Below are positions 27,981 through 38,857 of a stretch of 64,000 nt of DNA, in pieces. The position numbers were made by a program, and so were the translations under genes. The notes under the pieces are model-generated. The model was not told the origin of the DNA and ran no database searches. It saw only the letters and a list, made by a program, of their open reading frames with translations. Origin of the DNA: Verrucomicrobiia bacterium (GTDB taxonomy: Bacteria > Verrucomicrobiota > Verrucomicrobiia > Limisphaerales > UBA1319); assembly GCA_963664225.1 (NCBI GenBank), contig OY760937.1:960001-1024000 (forward strand). The letters are read 5' to 3'. How positions within the stretch are numbered: position 1 is the stretch's first letter; each line of letters begins with the position of its first letter.

Positions 27981-28538
27981 CTATGTTCCTTTGTGGGCTT
28001 GCTGCAAAATCCAATCCGCGGCGCCGGATAAATCATCCGCCACCAGCGCCCTCATTATGGCCTGCGGATCTTTCTTCTCGGTTTTAGTTCCGTAGCCCGT
28101 TCGCACCAAAATGCTTTTCTTCACACCCGCATTCCATCCGCATTCCAGGTCGATCAGCTTGTCCCCAATCATATAACTGCCGGACAAATCCACGCCATGG
28201 AAATCTCGCGCATCGAACAAAAACTGCGGGGACGGCTTGCGTCCGCGGCTGGGCTGGTCCGGGGCCTCCGGCGCAATGTAAATCTGCTTGAATCGGACCC
28301 CCTGTTTCTCGAATTCGCTCTCGAGATGCTGATGGACTTTGGCGACATCTTCCATCGTGAAATAACCGCGCCCGACGCCGGATTGGTTTGTCACCATGAA
28401 CAAAAGATAGCCCGCGTCCAAGAGGCGTTTTAGCGCGGGTGCCGTGCCGGGGATGATGACGACCTCCTCGGGCCGATGCAGATAATGCCTTTCCTCAATC
28501 AGGACCCCGTCACGATCCAAAAAAACAGCGCGGCTCAT
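27981..28538 (-). CDS. gmhB: D-glycero-D-manno-heptose 1,7-bisphosphate phosphatase (HAD-IIIA)
   Basis: FLDRDGVL, VTNQSGVGRG, RKP and MIGDK; adjacent to rfaE1. Confidence 0.9.
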   Translation of the reverse strand: MSRAVFLDRDGVLIEERHYLHRPEEVVIIPGTAPALKRLLDAGYLLFMVTNQSGVGRGYFTMEDVAKVHQHLESEFEKQGVRFKQIYIAPEAPDQPSRGRKPSPQFLFDARDFHGVDLSGSYMIGDKLIDLECGWNAGVKKSILVRTGYGTKTEKKDPQAIMRALVADDLSGAADWILQQAHKGT

Positions 28539-29548
28539 TTTCGCAGGTTAAAGCCTTCGAGCAATTCCTTGGGCGTGACTGTCGCGGTGCCGAATTTGCC
28601 AACCACAACCCCTGCGGCGTGATTGGAGAATATGGCCGCTTCGACGGGCGATGCGCCTGAGGCAATCGCGAGTGTGAACGACGCAATGACCGTGTCGCCC
28701 GCGCCCGAGACATCATAGACCTCGCGTGCCATGGTGGGAATGTGGAATGGCGCCTTACCGTGCCGGCAGAGGAGCATGCCTTGATCTCCGAGCGTGATTA
28801 ATAAAACGGCCGGTTTCAGATTTTGCAGAAGGCGGTCCGCCACGGCGAGCAGTTTGGGATCCTGGAGCGGATTGGTCGCGCGGCCATTCTCGACCATCCC
28901 GGCCAATTCGAACGCCTCCTTGCGGTTGGGAGTGATCAGCGATAGGCCCTGCAAATCGAGATGATGCACGGGTTTGGGGTCCATGCTCAACCAGATGCCA
29001 CGTTCCCGGCACCAGGTTTTGACGGTGTCCAGGAGCGCTTGTGTCACAACGCCTTTCCCGTAATCGCCCACGATGATGCCGTCCGCGTTGTCGAGATGAA
29101 CCCGCAATTGGGCCAGCAGGCGGCGCATGCCCGCATCATCCAGGTCCCCACGCGTTTCACGATCGACGCGCACCACTTGTTGCTGGCTGGCGATAATGCG
29201 TGTTTTAACGCTGGTCATGCGGTTGCGAATCGCCACCAGCCCGGAGCATCCCACGGAATTTTCGTTGAGAAGCGCCGTGAGTTGTTTGGCGGACGGGTCA
29301 TGGCCGAGCACGCCGAATAACTCCGTGTGCGTGCCCAATGCGGTAAGGTTGCGCGCGACGTTGGCCGCGCCACCTGGCATTGCGTTTTCATGGTCGAAAT
29401 CAACGATGGGCACCGGCGCTTCAGGCGAGATGCGGCTGACACGGCCCCACAGGAAACGGTCGAGCATCACATCACCAAGGACAAGAACACGGAGTTTTTG
29501 TGCGTCCGCAAGGAGTTGGCGGACGCGCGCCGCTTTGAGTGTGTTCAT
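28535..29548 (-). CDS. rfaE1: D-glycero-beta-D-manno-heptose-7-phosphate kinase
   Basis: [27 protein letters not shown] and DVSGAGDT. Confidence 0.93.
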   Translation of the reverse strand: MNTLKAARVRQLLADAQKLRVLVLGDVMLDRFLWGRVSRISPEAPVPIVDFDHENAMPGGAANVARNLTALGTHTELFGVLGHDPSAKQLTALLNENSVGCSGLVAIRNRMTSVKTRIIASQQQVVRVDRETRGDLDDAGMRRLLAQLRVHLDNADGIIVGDYGKGVVTQALLDTVKTWCRERGIWLSMDPKPVHHLDLQGLSLITPNRKEAFELAGMVENGRATNPLQDPKLLAVADRLLQNLKPAVLLITLGDQGMLLCRHGKAPFHIPTMAREVYDVSGAGDTVIASFTLAIASGASPVEAAIFSNHAAGVVVGKFGTATVTPKELLEGFNLRK

Positions 29549-30351
29549 GGCTGGTCCAAAAATGCGGTGAGCGGACTGGTGGGGTTTGCTTCGAAACTTT
29601 CCGACGCCATGCCGGTTTCAAAAGCCATGCGTCCGGCCTGAACTGCCAATTGGAACGCGGCCGCCATCCGGCAGGGATCGGAGGCGACGGCGATGGCCGT
29701 GTTGACGAGGACGGCGTCCGCACCCATTTCCATGGCCTCGGCGGCATGGCTTGGAGCGCCCAAACCGGCGTCCACGACCACGGGAACCGTTGCCTGCTCG
29801 ATGATGATCCGGATTTGGTCCCGCGTCAGGATTCCGCGATTCGAGCCGATGGGCGAACCCAGGGGCATGACTGTTGCCGCGCCCGCTTCCTGGAGGCGTT
29901 TGGCCAGCACGGGATCCGCGTTGATGTAGGGCAGTACCACGAAGCCTTCGCGGACCAGTATCTCAGTGGCCTTGAGGGTTTCTATGGGGTCCGGCAGGAG
30001 ATAACGCGGATCGGGATGAATCTCGAGTTTCACCCAGTTCGGCAATCCGGCCGCCTTGGCCAGCCGGGCCAGTCGCACGGCCTCTTCCGCATTCATCGCG
30101 CCGCTGGTGTTGGGCAGGATGAGATATTTTTGAGGATCGATGAACTCGAGGATGTTGGCAAAAGGATCTTTTTTGCCGGACAAATCCGCGCGGCGAAGTG
30201 CCACCGTCACCAATCCCGTGCCGCTCGCGGCACAGGCATCGCGCATGGCCTCCGGCGAGGAAAACTTGCCGGTCCCCAAAATCAGGCGGGATTGAAACTC
30301 GCGTCCGGCGATCATCAGCGGACGCGAACTTTGCATCGTGGAAAGGCGCAT
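29545..30351 (-). CDS. thiG: Thiazole synthase
   Basis: [30 protein letters not shown] and VLVNTAIA. Confidence 0.96.
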   Translation of the reverse strand: MRLSTMQSSRPLMIAGREFQSRLILGTGKFSSPEAMRDACAASGTGLVTVALRRADLSGKKDPFANILEFIDPQKYLILPNTSGAMNAEEAVRLARLAKAAGLPNWVKLEIHPDPRYLLPDPIETLKATEILVREGFVVLPYINADPVLAKRLQEAGAATVMPLGSPIGSNRGILTRDQIRIIIEQATVPVVVDAGLGAPSHAAEAMEMGADAVLVNTAIAVASDPCRMAAAFQLAVQAGRMAFETGMASESFEANPTSPLTAFLDQP

Positions 30352-30380
30352 GGCGCTTGAAATAAGTCAAATATGCCGCG

Positions 30381-33300
30381 TTAACCGTTCTTTCCGCAGC
30401 ATTGTTTGAATTTCTTGCCGCTGCCGCAGGGACATGGATCGTTGCGACCGACTTTGGGGCCCGTGCGCACCGGTTTGGCCTTGGCAATCGCATCGCTGGC
30501 CTCGGTGACCATGTCGCTGGCTTTGTTGGCTCCGGCGCTGTCGGGGGCAGCGGCTTCAGCCACCACCGACCCATAGGCGGTGGCTTGCTGGTGAACCATG
30601 CTCTTGGGCAGGTTCCGCAGGAATTGCTCAAACGCCAGCAGACTGGAGGCGCTCAGGAAGATGTTGCGGCAGATTTCCGTCTTGATGCTGACCATCAATT
30701 CCTCGAAGGACTTGAACGCCTCCGCCTTGTATTCGATGAGCGGATCCCGCTGGCCGTAAGCGCGCAATCCAATCGAGTTGCGCAGGCTGTCCATGTAGTA
30801 CAAATGCTCCTGCCAGAGTTTGTCGATCGCGCTGAGTATGGTGTAGCGCTCGACATTCTTGATGGCCAGGGGATTCTCAAAACTGGCCTTGAGCTCATAG
30901 GCGTCTGAAACGCTCTTCGAGATGAGCGTGGTCACGGCAAATTGCGCCGGGCTCAGTCCATCATACAGGGAACCCTCAACTGGGGCTTCCTGCGCGGAGC
31001 GGGCCGTTTGGACGATATCCGACTCGCGAAGGCCCACCGGGAACGTGGTGTTCACCCAATCGGAGATGCCACGGACACTCCATCCGTCCACATCAGCAGT
31101 CGGGGAGGAGAGCAGGGCGATTTTCTGGACGACCACTTCTTCCATGATGTCCATGAGGCGTTCGCGCACATCGTCGCTGCGAATGATCTCATTGCGGAAG
31201 CCGTAGATGACTTCGCGCTGCTTATTCATGACATCGTCGTATTCGAGCGTGCGCTTGCGAATTTGGAAGTTGTGCTGCTCGACGCGTTTCTGAGCCGTCT
31301 GGATCGAACGGTTCAGCAGCGGATGGGTCAGCTCCTGGCCTTCTTCCAGACCGACGCGCTCCATGACTTTGCTGATGCGGTCCGAACCAAACAGACGCAT
31401 CAGATCGTCTTCCAGCGAGATGAAGAAATGGGAGGAGCCGGGATCGCCCTGGCGCGCGCAACGTCCGCGCAACTGGCGGTCAATGCGTCGGGATTCGTGG
31501 CGCTCCGTGCCCATGACGTGCAAACCGCCCAGGTCCGCAACGCCTTCGCCCAATTTGATGTCGGTGCCGCGTCCTGCCATGTTGGTGGCAATGGTCACGG
31601 CGCCCCGATGTCCGGCCCGCGAGACAATCTCCGCTTCCTGCTCGTGGAACTTCGCGTTCAGCACGGAATGGACGACGCCCGCTTTTTTCAACAGCCGGGA
31701 AAGGTGCTCGCTGGTTTCCACCGAAATGGTGCCGACCAGGATCGGGCGTCCTTTTTGGTGAATATCCGTGATCTCCTTGGTGACCGCGTCAAATTTTTCG
31801 CGCTTGGTTTTGTAAACCGCGTCGTTTCCGTCTTTGCGCGCAACGGGCTTGTTGGTCGGAATGACCAGGACGCCCAGTTTATAAATATCGAAGAACTCGG
31901 TCGCTTCGGTCTCCGCCGTGCCCGTCATGCCCGCCAGTTTGGCGTATAGGCGGAAATAGTTCTGAATCGTGATGGTGGCCAGCGTCTGGGTTTCGCGCTC
32001 GATTTCGACCCCTTCCTTGGCTTCGACGGCCTGATGCAGACCATCGCTCCAGCGGCGACCCGTCATCAGGCGCCCGGTATGCTCATCGACGATGATGACT
32101 TTGTTTTCCTGGACAACGTATTCGACATCTTTTTCGTAGAGGCAATACGCCTTGAGCAGTTGGGAAATGACGTGAATCTTCTGCGATTTGGTCTCGTAAT
32201 CCGCCTGCATTTTGCTCTTCATTTCCACGCGTTTGCGTGGATCCTGCTCGGGCCCGGTGTCGATCTCATGAAAGGCCGTGGTCAGGTCGGGCAGCACAAA
32301 GCCATCCGGATCCTTCGGGTCCATCAAAGCGCGTCCTTTTTCAGTAAGGTCGGCTTCATGGGATTTCTCCTCGATGGCGAAGAACAACTCTTCTTTTTGC
32401 GCGTAGAGGGTCTTTTTGCTCTGATCCCCGTGCAACTCCAGTTCCGCGCTGTTCATGAGACGGAGGTTTTCAGGAACCTCCAGCACCTTCATCAGTGCGG
32501 TCAATTTGGGCGCGCCCAGCCGGACCTTGTAGAGCAGTAAACCGAGTTCGCGTTCGACTTCTTCGCGATGCGTGGGCTCGGAACCGTCCGTCGGGTGCAG
32601 TTTGTCGATGAGCTTCTGCGCTTCACTCAAATACCGGTTGCACAGACGCTCCTGGGTTTTGACGAGATTTTCGATCTCCGGTTTAAACTGCCCGTAAATG
32701 GCATTATCCGCGTTAACAACTGCGGGTCCGCTGATGATGAGCGGCGTGCGGGCTTCATCGATCAGGATCGAATCCACTTCGTCCACGATCGCGAAGTAAT
32801 GTCCCCGTTGCACTTGTTCCTCGGCGCGCACGGCCATGCCGTTGTCGCGCAGGTAATCGAAGCCAAATTCCGCGTTCGTTCCGTAGGTGATGTCGCAATT
32901 GTACTGTTCGCGTCTGACATCCGGCGACTGATCGTGAATGATGCAGCCCACGGTGAGTCCCAAAAATCTGTAAACTGCTCCCATCCATTCGCCGTCGCGG
33001 GCTGCCAGGTAATCGTTGACGGTCACCACATGCACACCCCGGCCGGTTAAGGCGTTCAAATACACCGGCAGCGTGGCCACCAATGTTTTGCCTTCACCGG
33101 TCGCCATTTCAGCAATGTGCCCAGTGTGAAGGGCGATGCCGCCGATCAACTGCACGTCGAATGGCACCATGTCCCAGACAATGGGATGCCCGCGCACAAT
33201 GACTTCCTTGCCCACGAGACGGCGGCAGGTGTCTTTGACCACCGCAAAGGCTTCAGGCAGGATTTCGTCGAGCTTCGCGGACAACTCGGCCAGATCTTCA

Positions 33301-33470
33301 ATGGCGCCAAGCTGTTGTTTCCATTCCGCCGTTTTTTGGCGCAAAGCATCGTCCGACAGCGACTTGATTGATTCTTCAAATTGTCGAATCTGCTCCACCC
33401 TCGGGCGGAGACGCTTGACCTCGCGATCGTTTTTAGTGCCGAAAATTTTCTTAAAAATGATTCCTATCAT
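30381..33470 (-). CDS. secA: Preprotein translocase ATPase SecA
   Basis: [39 protein letters not shown] and SEC-C motif [13 protein letters not shown]. Confidence 0.98.
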   Translation of the reverse strand: MIGIIFKKIFGTKNDREVKRLRPRVEQIRQFEESIKSLSDDALRQKTAEWKQQLGAIEDLAELSAKLDEILPEAFAVVKDTCRRLVGKEVIVRGHPIVWDMVPFDVQLIGGIALHTGHIAEMATGEGKTLVATLPVYLNALTGRGVHVVTVNDYLAARDGEWMGAVYRFLGLTVGCIIHDQSPDVRREQYNCDITYGTNAEFGFDYLRDNGMAVRAEEQVQRGHYFAIVDEVDSILIDEARTPLIISGPAVVNADNAIYGQFKPEIENLVKTQERLCNRYLSEAQKLIDKLHPTDGSEPTHREEVERELGLLLYKVRLGAPKLTALMKVLEVPENLRLMNSAELELHGDQSKKTLYAQKEELFFAIEEKSHEADLTEKGRALMDPKDPDGFVLPDLTTAFHEIDTGPEQDPRKRVEMKSKMQADYETKSQKIHVISQLLKAYCLYEKDVEYVVQENKVIIVDEHTGRLMTGRRWSDGLHQAVEAKEGVEIERETQTLATITIQNYFRLYAKLAGMTGTAETEATEFFDIYKLGVLVIPTNKPVARKDGNDAVYKTKREKFDAVTKEITDIHQKGRPILVGTISVETSEHLSRLLKKAGVVHSVLNAKFHEQEAEIVSRAGHRGAVTIATNMAGRGTDIKLGEGVADLGGLHVMGTERHESRRIDRQLRGRCARQGDPGSSHFFISLEDDLMRLFGSDRISKVMERVGLEEGQELTHPLLNRSIQTAQKRVEQHNFQIRKRTLEYDDVMNKQREVIYGFRNEIIRSDDVRERLMDIMEEVVVQKIALLSSPTADVDGWSVRGISDWVNTTFPVGLRESDIVQTARSAQEAPVEGSLYDGLSPAQFAVTTLISKSVSDAYELKASFENPLAIKNVERYTILSAIDKLWQEHLYYMDSLRNSIGLRAYGQRDPLIEYKAEAFKSFEELMVSIKTEICRNIFLSASSLLAFEQFLRNLPKSMVHQQATAYGSVVAEAAAPDSAGANKASDMVTEASDAIAKAKPVRTGPKVGRNDPCPCGSGKKFKQCCGKNG

Positions 33471-33617
33471 GATAATTTGGGATCACCCAAAGGCCACGCT
33501 AAGGGAATCCGGCAAAAGCGTCAAAGATTTTACAACGAATGAAATATGATGATGAGGAGGTGGGACAAAATGGCGCGTTGACGCATTTCATGCCGATTTT
33601 CCCATTCCTCGGGAGGC

Positions 33618-36600
33618 CTATGGACTGCTTTTGGGGTCCGGCGCCCGCGTGCGGGGTTTGGCTGCGCGATGAATTCGCAGCGAGAAGCCGTGCCCGTTTT
33701 CGTAGGGTTCCACGGTTGCGCTGACCTCAAGCACGGGGTAACGCACGGTGACCAGGCCGTAGCTGCGGTAGGTGGGGGCGAACAATTCCGTTTCCACCAT
33801 CCCGGTCCAATCGGTGAGGGTGAGGAATTTCATCGGTTCCCCGGTGATCTGGTGGTGGAGACGCTGTTCAATGACCAGGCCGCATACGACGACCGTCTCG
33901 CCGGGATAGTTTCCCAGCCGTGAGATGGGACAATAGGTTTCCCAGGCCACGGTGTCATAGATTTCCAGGGGATGGCCGGAAACGGTGAACCCCAGCAGGT
34001 CAGTTTCCCATTCGAGTTTTTCGTGGTGTCCCGGTTCCTGGAGTGGCACGGGAAAAAGTGTCTTTTCATTGTGTGGTTCGGGGAAAAGCCAGCCCTGGCC
34101 GGGTTCTGTGCCTGCCTCAAAAAACCTGCGCAACCGTTGGAACTCCCAGAATTGTGCCGTCCGGGTATCTCCAAAGAGATCAAAGGCGCCCACGCGAATG
34201 AGCGCATCCATTTCCTCGACCAGGGGTTGGACACGCTTGTAGAAGTCCCGCAGGGACGTGAACGGGGTGTGATGCCGCTCATTCAGCAATCGTTCAATCG
34301 TCCGGTTGGTCAGTCCCTTCACGCGGGTGACGGGAACGCGGATCGCCTGTTTTTTGGTTTCCGGATTGGTGGTGCAGACCTGAAACATGGGTCCCGGCTC
34401 ATTGACGAATGGCGGCAGGAGAGGGATGCCCAGTCGGTGGCATTCCAGGACATACACCAGCGGATGGTAAAAACCCTTCCCGTTGGAAAGGACGGCGGCC
34501 ATGAATTCGGCGGGGTAATTTTGTTTGATCCAGGCCGACTGCCAGGCTTCCACACCGTAGGCCACGCTGTGCGCCTTGCAGAAGGCATAACCGGCGAACC
34601 CGGCCACTGATTTCCAGACTTCCTCGATGGCGCTTTCCGGACGACCAAGGCGGCGGGCGGAAACGAAAAATTCTCCTTTGATCTGCTCCATCACGGGCAG
34701 GTTGTATTTGGCCAGCGCGCGGCGGAGAACATCGGCGCGTCCCGGAGGCAATCCGGCAAAGGCCTCGCAGATCTGTAAAATGTGCTCCTCATAAACCACC
34801 AGTCCGTAGGTGTCTTTGAGACAGGGTTCCAATGAGGGGTGGGGATAGGTTACGGGTTCCCGGCCTTGATAGCGGCGGACGAAGTTGAGTTTGTTATTTT
34901 CATTGGCCGCGCCGGGCCGGATCACGCTGACGATGGCGACCAGGCCATCGATTTCATGCACGTTGGATTGGCGGCACAGCCCAATCATGGCCGGGCTTTC
35001 GATGTGATGCACGGCGCGCGCGCCGCCGCTGGCGATCAGTTTCCACACTTGTGGATCAGTCCACGGCTCGAGCTGGTCGAGGTGCAGTTCAATGCCGCGC
35101 GCGGAAAGCATTTCGCGGACATCCCGCATCACGGCCAGTCCGCCTTGGGCAAGAATATCCATTTTGATCAGTCCGATCGCTTCCACGGCATCCATGTCGA
35201 AATGGGTGGTCGGATACCCCTTATTGGAAGGAAACGTCGGCGTGAGTTCGCACATGGGCTGACGGGAGAGAACCACACCGCAGGGGTGCATTTTGGGATG
35301 GCGCGGAAAGCCGTCGAGGAACTCCGCCATGCGCAGGGCGGAGCGGTAGGGTTCCTCGGTCAGCGGGGCATCCTGGCACTCCAGGCTTTGCGTCACGGCA
35401 TTCTCGATGCCCTGCACGCGTCCGAACCAGGGGAAGTGTTCCGTGAAGCGGCGGATTTGGAATTCAGACACGCCAAGCACTTTTCCGACATCCGCCACGG
35501 CGCTGCGGGCTTGAAACGTGGAAAAGCCTCCAACGACCGCAGCATGAGAAGGCCCGTATCTCTTGAAGATCAGGTCAATGACATCGTCTTTGCGGTCATG
35601 CGGAAAATCCAGGTCGATATCGGGCAATTTGTTCAACTGCATCCGTTCCCGGTTGAGGAAACGCCGGAAGTAGAGGTTGAAGCGGATCGGGCAGACCCCG
35701 CTGATTTCCAGGCAATAACAGACCAAAGAATCGGCGGCGCTGCCGCGGGTGATCCACTCGATATTCTGCCGACGGCACTCCTGCAAAAGATCCCAGACGG
35801 CGAGGAAATAGGGTTCGTAGCCGACTTCGGCAATGAGGGCCAGTTCCTCCTCGACCTGGGGCTGGACCTGCGCGAAGCGGCTGGGGTAGCGGCGGCGCAG
35901 ACCCTCCAGGGCAATGCGCCGCAGAAACGCGCGGGCCGACGAGCCGTCCGGCGGCGTGAAATCCGGGAATTGCGGTTTGCCCAGCGGCATTTCAAACGAG
36001 CAGCGTTGCGCGATTTCCCGCGTCTGGTCCAGCAGTCGGGGCTGATTGCCAAAAAGGGCGCGCCATTGCGCCGGGGAATGAAAATGAAAATCTCCAGTCA
36101 ATTGTTTGCCGGGATGTTCCTGGCGCAAAAGGGTGCGCGTGCGGATGCTTTGGACAACATCGTATTTCCAACGGTCTTCCGGTGTCGCGTAATGGATGGG
36201 GACCATGGCGATTTGCGGAATCCCGGTTTGCGGGGCGGGCAGGGAACGGCCGTATGGGGGGGGAACGGCCTGATAGAAACGACCCGGAAAAAGCGGGGCG
36301 AGTTTGAGGTTCGAACTTGCGGCCAGGAGCCCGTTGGTGATGCCATCCAGATCGGTCATGGCGCGCGGACGTTGCTGGCGTTGAATGACGGCGTCGCCAT
36401 CGTCCTCCACGGACTGCGGAATGGCAGAGAGAATCTGGCACAGGTTGCGATAACCTTCCGGGTTTTGCACGTAGAGGCACACGGGCGCGCCATCGACAAT
36501 GATCTCGGAACCGATGATGGGTTGGATCCCGGCTTTTTTGGCGGCGGCATGGAATGAAACCGCCCCGTGGAGGTTGCCCGTGTCGGTGATGGCAATCGCT

Positions 36601-37964
36601 GGCATTTCATGTTTTTGGGCCAGTTCGACAATGGCCCCCACGGACAGCGTGGAGTTTAAAAAGGAATAAAAACTGCGAGCCCGCAGGGGCACGGGTATGG
36701 TGTTTAGACCGGTGCGGATGAGAATTTGGAGACCCGGGGTCGGGGTTTCTTTTGGCGGCAGACGCGAAGCCAGCGTCCGGGTTTGGGCCGGATTCAATCC
36801 AGGGCGCAGAATCAGATCGTGGCCGCGCATCACAATTTCCTGGCAATGTGATTCGCGGCGCAGGGTGTCGATGGCAGCCGCCAGCCGCCGCTGGGCGTCG
36901 AGCTTTTGCGCGGAGCGGTCGAGGCAAAGTTCAATGCGAAAAACACCGTCATACACATTGGAAAACCGCAGACAAACCATGCGCAGGCTGACGCGGCGTT
37001 TCCAGGCCTGGCGGAGCAGGGGAGGAATCCGGCTGTAAAGATCCGTTTCCAGGTCCGTGGGTTCGGGCAGGCTCTCGCCGGACTGGTCTTCGGACATGTC
37101 GTTGTAACGGACTTTGACGGTAACCGTGCGAATGCTTTTGCCCTCGGCGCGAACCGTTGCCATGAGCTGGTCGGCCATGCGTCGCAGGATGGCTTGAATG
37201 TATTCCTCGTCGGTGGTGTCGGCGGAGAAGGTTTCCTGTTTGCTGTAGGACTTGGCCGGGGCGCGGACGGGAATGATGGGCCGCTCGTCCAGGCCGTTGG
37301 CGTATTGATGGAGGGTGTGGGCCGCGCCGTCCATGAGCAGTTCCAGGGCGTCGATCGGGGTGGCGGCGATCTGTCCGATGCGGGTCAAGCCGGCCGCATT
37401 GAGGCGAAGGGCGGTTTTGGGACCCACGCCCGGAAGCCAGTGATTGGCCAGGGGTTGCAGGAATGATTTTTCGCAGCCGGGAAGAACGGAGGTAAACGCA
37501 GCGGGCTTGTTGAGTTTGGAGGCGATCTGGCTGACCAGTTTATTGGAGGCAATGCCTTCGCTGACGGTGATCTTCAGGGATTGCCGGATGGCCTGCCGGA
37601 TGGTTTCGGCGACATCGACCGGCGGTTTGCGTCCGCCACTCAAATCAAAATAGCCCTCGTCAATCGAGCAAATCTCGACGTCGGGGGTGAAGTCGTAGGC
37701 GTAACTGAACATCCAGCGGGAGAACTGCTCGTATTTCTCGAAATCGCCCGGCAGGACGATGAGTTTGGGACAGAGCTTGCGGGCGCGCACCGTGGGCATG
37801 GGAGTGTAAACACCCATCTTCCGCGCTTCATACGAGGCGGAGGCGATGATCCCCCGCTTCTCGCCACCCACCGCCACCGCCTTGCCCCGCAGCCTGGGAT
37901 CGGAGGCTTGCTCGACCGAGGCGAAAAACGCATCGGCATCCAGATGGATGATGTCGCGGGGCAT
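33618..37964 (-). CDS. Fused Y-family DNA polymerase (DinB/Pol IV-like) and error-prone C-family polymerase DnaE2 (1448 aa)
   Basis: Residues ~1-385: HLDADAFFASVE, ASYEAR, SIDEGY, KLVSQIASKLNKP, GVGPKT and a little-finger domain. Pro-rich linker. Residues ~423-1448: PHP domain, RGSAADSLVCY, LPDIDLDF, KMDIL, YAFCKAH, HhH and OB fold. Confidence 0.92.
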   Translation of the reverse strand: MPRDIIHLDADAFFASVEQASDPRLRGKAVAVGGEKRGIIASASYEARKMGVYTPMPTVRARKLCPKLIVLPGDFEKYEQFSRWMFSYAYDFTPDVEICSIDEGYFDLSGGRKPPVDVAETIRQAIRQSLKITVSEGIASNKLVSQIASKLNKPAAFTSVLPGCEKSFLQPLANHWLPGVGPKTALRLNAAGLTRIGQIAATPIDALELLMDGAAHTLHQYANGLDERPIIPVRAPAKSYSKQETFSADTTDEEYIQAILRRMADQLMATVRAEGKSIRTVTVKVRYNDMSEDQSGESLPEPTDLETDLYSRIPPLLRQAWKRRVSLRMVCLRFSNVYDGVFRIELCLDRSAQKLDAQRRLAAAIDTLRRESHCQEIVMRGHDLILRPGLNPAQTRTLASRLPPKETPTPGLQILIRTGLNTIPVPLRARSFYSFLNSTLSVGAIVELAQKHEMPAIAITDTGNLHGAVSFHAAAKKAGIQPIIGSEIIVDGAPVCLYVQNPEGYRNLCQILSAIPQSVEDDGDAVIQRQQRPRAMTDLDGITNGLLAASSNLKLAPLFPGRFYQAVPPPYGRSLPAPQTGIPQIAMVPIHYATPEDRWKYDVVQSIRTRTLLRQEHPGKQLTGDFHFHSPAQWRALFGNQPRLLDQTREIAQRCSFEMPLGKPQFPDFTPPDGSSARAFLRRIALEGLRRRYPSRFAQVQPQVEEELALIAEVGYEPYFLAVWDLLQECRRQNIEWITRGSAADSLVCYCLEISGVCPIRFNLYFRRFLNRERMQLNKLPDIDLDFPHDRKDDVIDLIFKRYGPSHAAVVGGFSTFQARSAVADVGKVLGVSEFQIRRFTEHFPWFGRVQGIENAVTQSLECQDAPLTEEPYRSALRMAEFLDGFPRHPKMHPCGVVLSRQPMCELTPTFPSNKGYPTTHFDMDAVEAIGLIKMDILAQGGLAVMRDVREMLSARGIELHLDQLEPWTDPQVWKLIASGGARAVHHIESPAMIGLCRQSNVHEIDGLVAIVSVIRPGAANENNKLNFVRRYQGREPVTYPHPSLEPCLKDTYGLVVYEEHILQICEAFAGLPPGRADVLRRALAKYNLPVMEQIKGEFFVSARRLGRPESAIEEVWKSVAGFAGYAFCKAHSVAYGVEAWQSAWIKQNYPAEFMAAVLSNGKGFYHPLVYVLECHRLGIPLLPPFVNEPGPMFQVCTTNPETKKQAIRVPVTRVKGLTNRTIERLLNERHHTPFTSLRDFYKRVQPLVEEMDALIRVGAFDLFGDTRTAQFWEFQRLRRFFEAGTEPGQGWLFPEPHNEKTLFPVPLQEPGHHEKLEWETDLLGFTVSGHPLEIYDTVAWETYCPISRLGNYPGETVVVCGLVIEQRLHHQITGEPMKFLTLTDWTGMVETELFAPTYRSYGLVTVRYPVLEVSATVEPYENGHGFSLRIHRAAKPRTRAPDPKSSP

Positions 37965-38015
37965 GACTGGGAATTGGAGTGCGCTCGTACAAGACGCTGC
38001 CTGGAATAAGGCGGA

Positions 38016-38636
38016 TTATTTTCGCTTGCGGACCAACGCGATCATCACACCCTGAATGACCAGTTCGCCGACGGGAAAGAGCTTGGGAAAAAGCGGGTTT
38101 TCCGCCCTGAGAAACGGACGTCCATTCTCGATGGCAAAAGTTTTCAGCGTGCTTTCGTTATCGATCAGCGCGGCCACCACATCGCCCGGGCGGGGGGTGA
38201 CCCCGTGTTCGAGAACCACCAGGTCGCCATCCATGATATGACGGCCGATCATCGATTCGCCCCGGACTTCCAGGGCGAAGGTGCGCGCCGTGGGTTTGAT
38301 CCCCAGACTTTCGACATCAATGGACACGCAGCCCGCCGGTTCCTGGCGGCGGTCGGCGGCAAACCCCGCCGGGATGGTGCCATACAGGGGAATGTCGGCA
38401 ATGGGACGGCGCAGGCGTTGGAGCGGAGAGGTGGAGCGCAGGGAACGGGCCTGGCGCGGTTGACCTTCGAGAAAGCCTTTGCGGCGCAGCGCGCGGACAT
38501 GGTCGGCGGCTGCAGTCATGCTGCGAAATCTGAAATGCTCCGCAATCTCCCGCAGCGAGGGCGGGACGCCCTGGGCTTGCTGGCTGGACACAATGAAGTC
38601 CAGCACTTGCTGCTGTCGGCTGGTTAAATCACGCAT
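38016..38636 (-). CDS. lexA: SOS repressor LexA
   Basis: LTSRQQQVLDFI, PPSLREIA, cleavage site IPAG, catalytic GESM and TLK. ATG 38636 preferred. Confidence 0.95.
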   Translation of the reverse strand: MRDLTSRQQQVLDFIVSSQQAQGVPPSLREIAEHFRFRSMTAAADHVRALRRKGFLEGQPRQARSLRSTSPLQRLRRPIADIPLYGTIPAGFAADRRQEPAGCVSIDVESLGIKPTARTFALEVRGESMIGRHIMDGDLVVLEHGVTPRPGDVVAALIDNESTLKTFAIENGRPFLRAENPLFPKLFPVGELVIQGVMIALVRKRK

Positions 38637-38655
38637 AACACACGGTTTTTGAAAC

Positions 38656-38673
38656 ACTGTTCAAATAAACAGT
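38656..38673. promoter_or_regulatory. LexA (SOS) box ACTGTTCAAATAAACAGT
   Basis: Palindromic ACTGTT-N6-AACAGT about 20 bp upstream of lexA; one mismatch from the reported Verrucomicrobia motif TGTTC-N4-GAACA. Confidence 0.75.
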
Positions 38674-38799
38674 ATTCCTTTGCCCCTGCCCGTCAACTCA
38701 CAAACAGGGAAAAAACGAAAAGTCGTGTTCTGGGATTCTATAAGCCATCCGGTTAACTTCAGAAGTGATTGGATTGCAGGCGGTCTCGCGATCGTAACG

Positions 38800-38832
38800 A
38801 AAAACAAAAAAAGCGCCCTTTTCGGGGGCGCT
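38800..38832 (-). terminator. Rho-independent terminator of the CTN-repeat peptide gene
   Basis: Minus strand reads AGCGCCC-CCGAAAA-GGGCGCT followed by TTTTTTGTTTTT, 25 bp after the stop codon. Confidence 0.85.
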
Positions 38833-38857
38833 GTGCAAATTCGATTAATATCAGCCG

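Noticed and set aside
34839..36557. 572-aa plus-strand ORF
   Set aside because: Antisense shadow of the DnaE2 region in GC-rich DNA, with no recognisable motifs.
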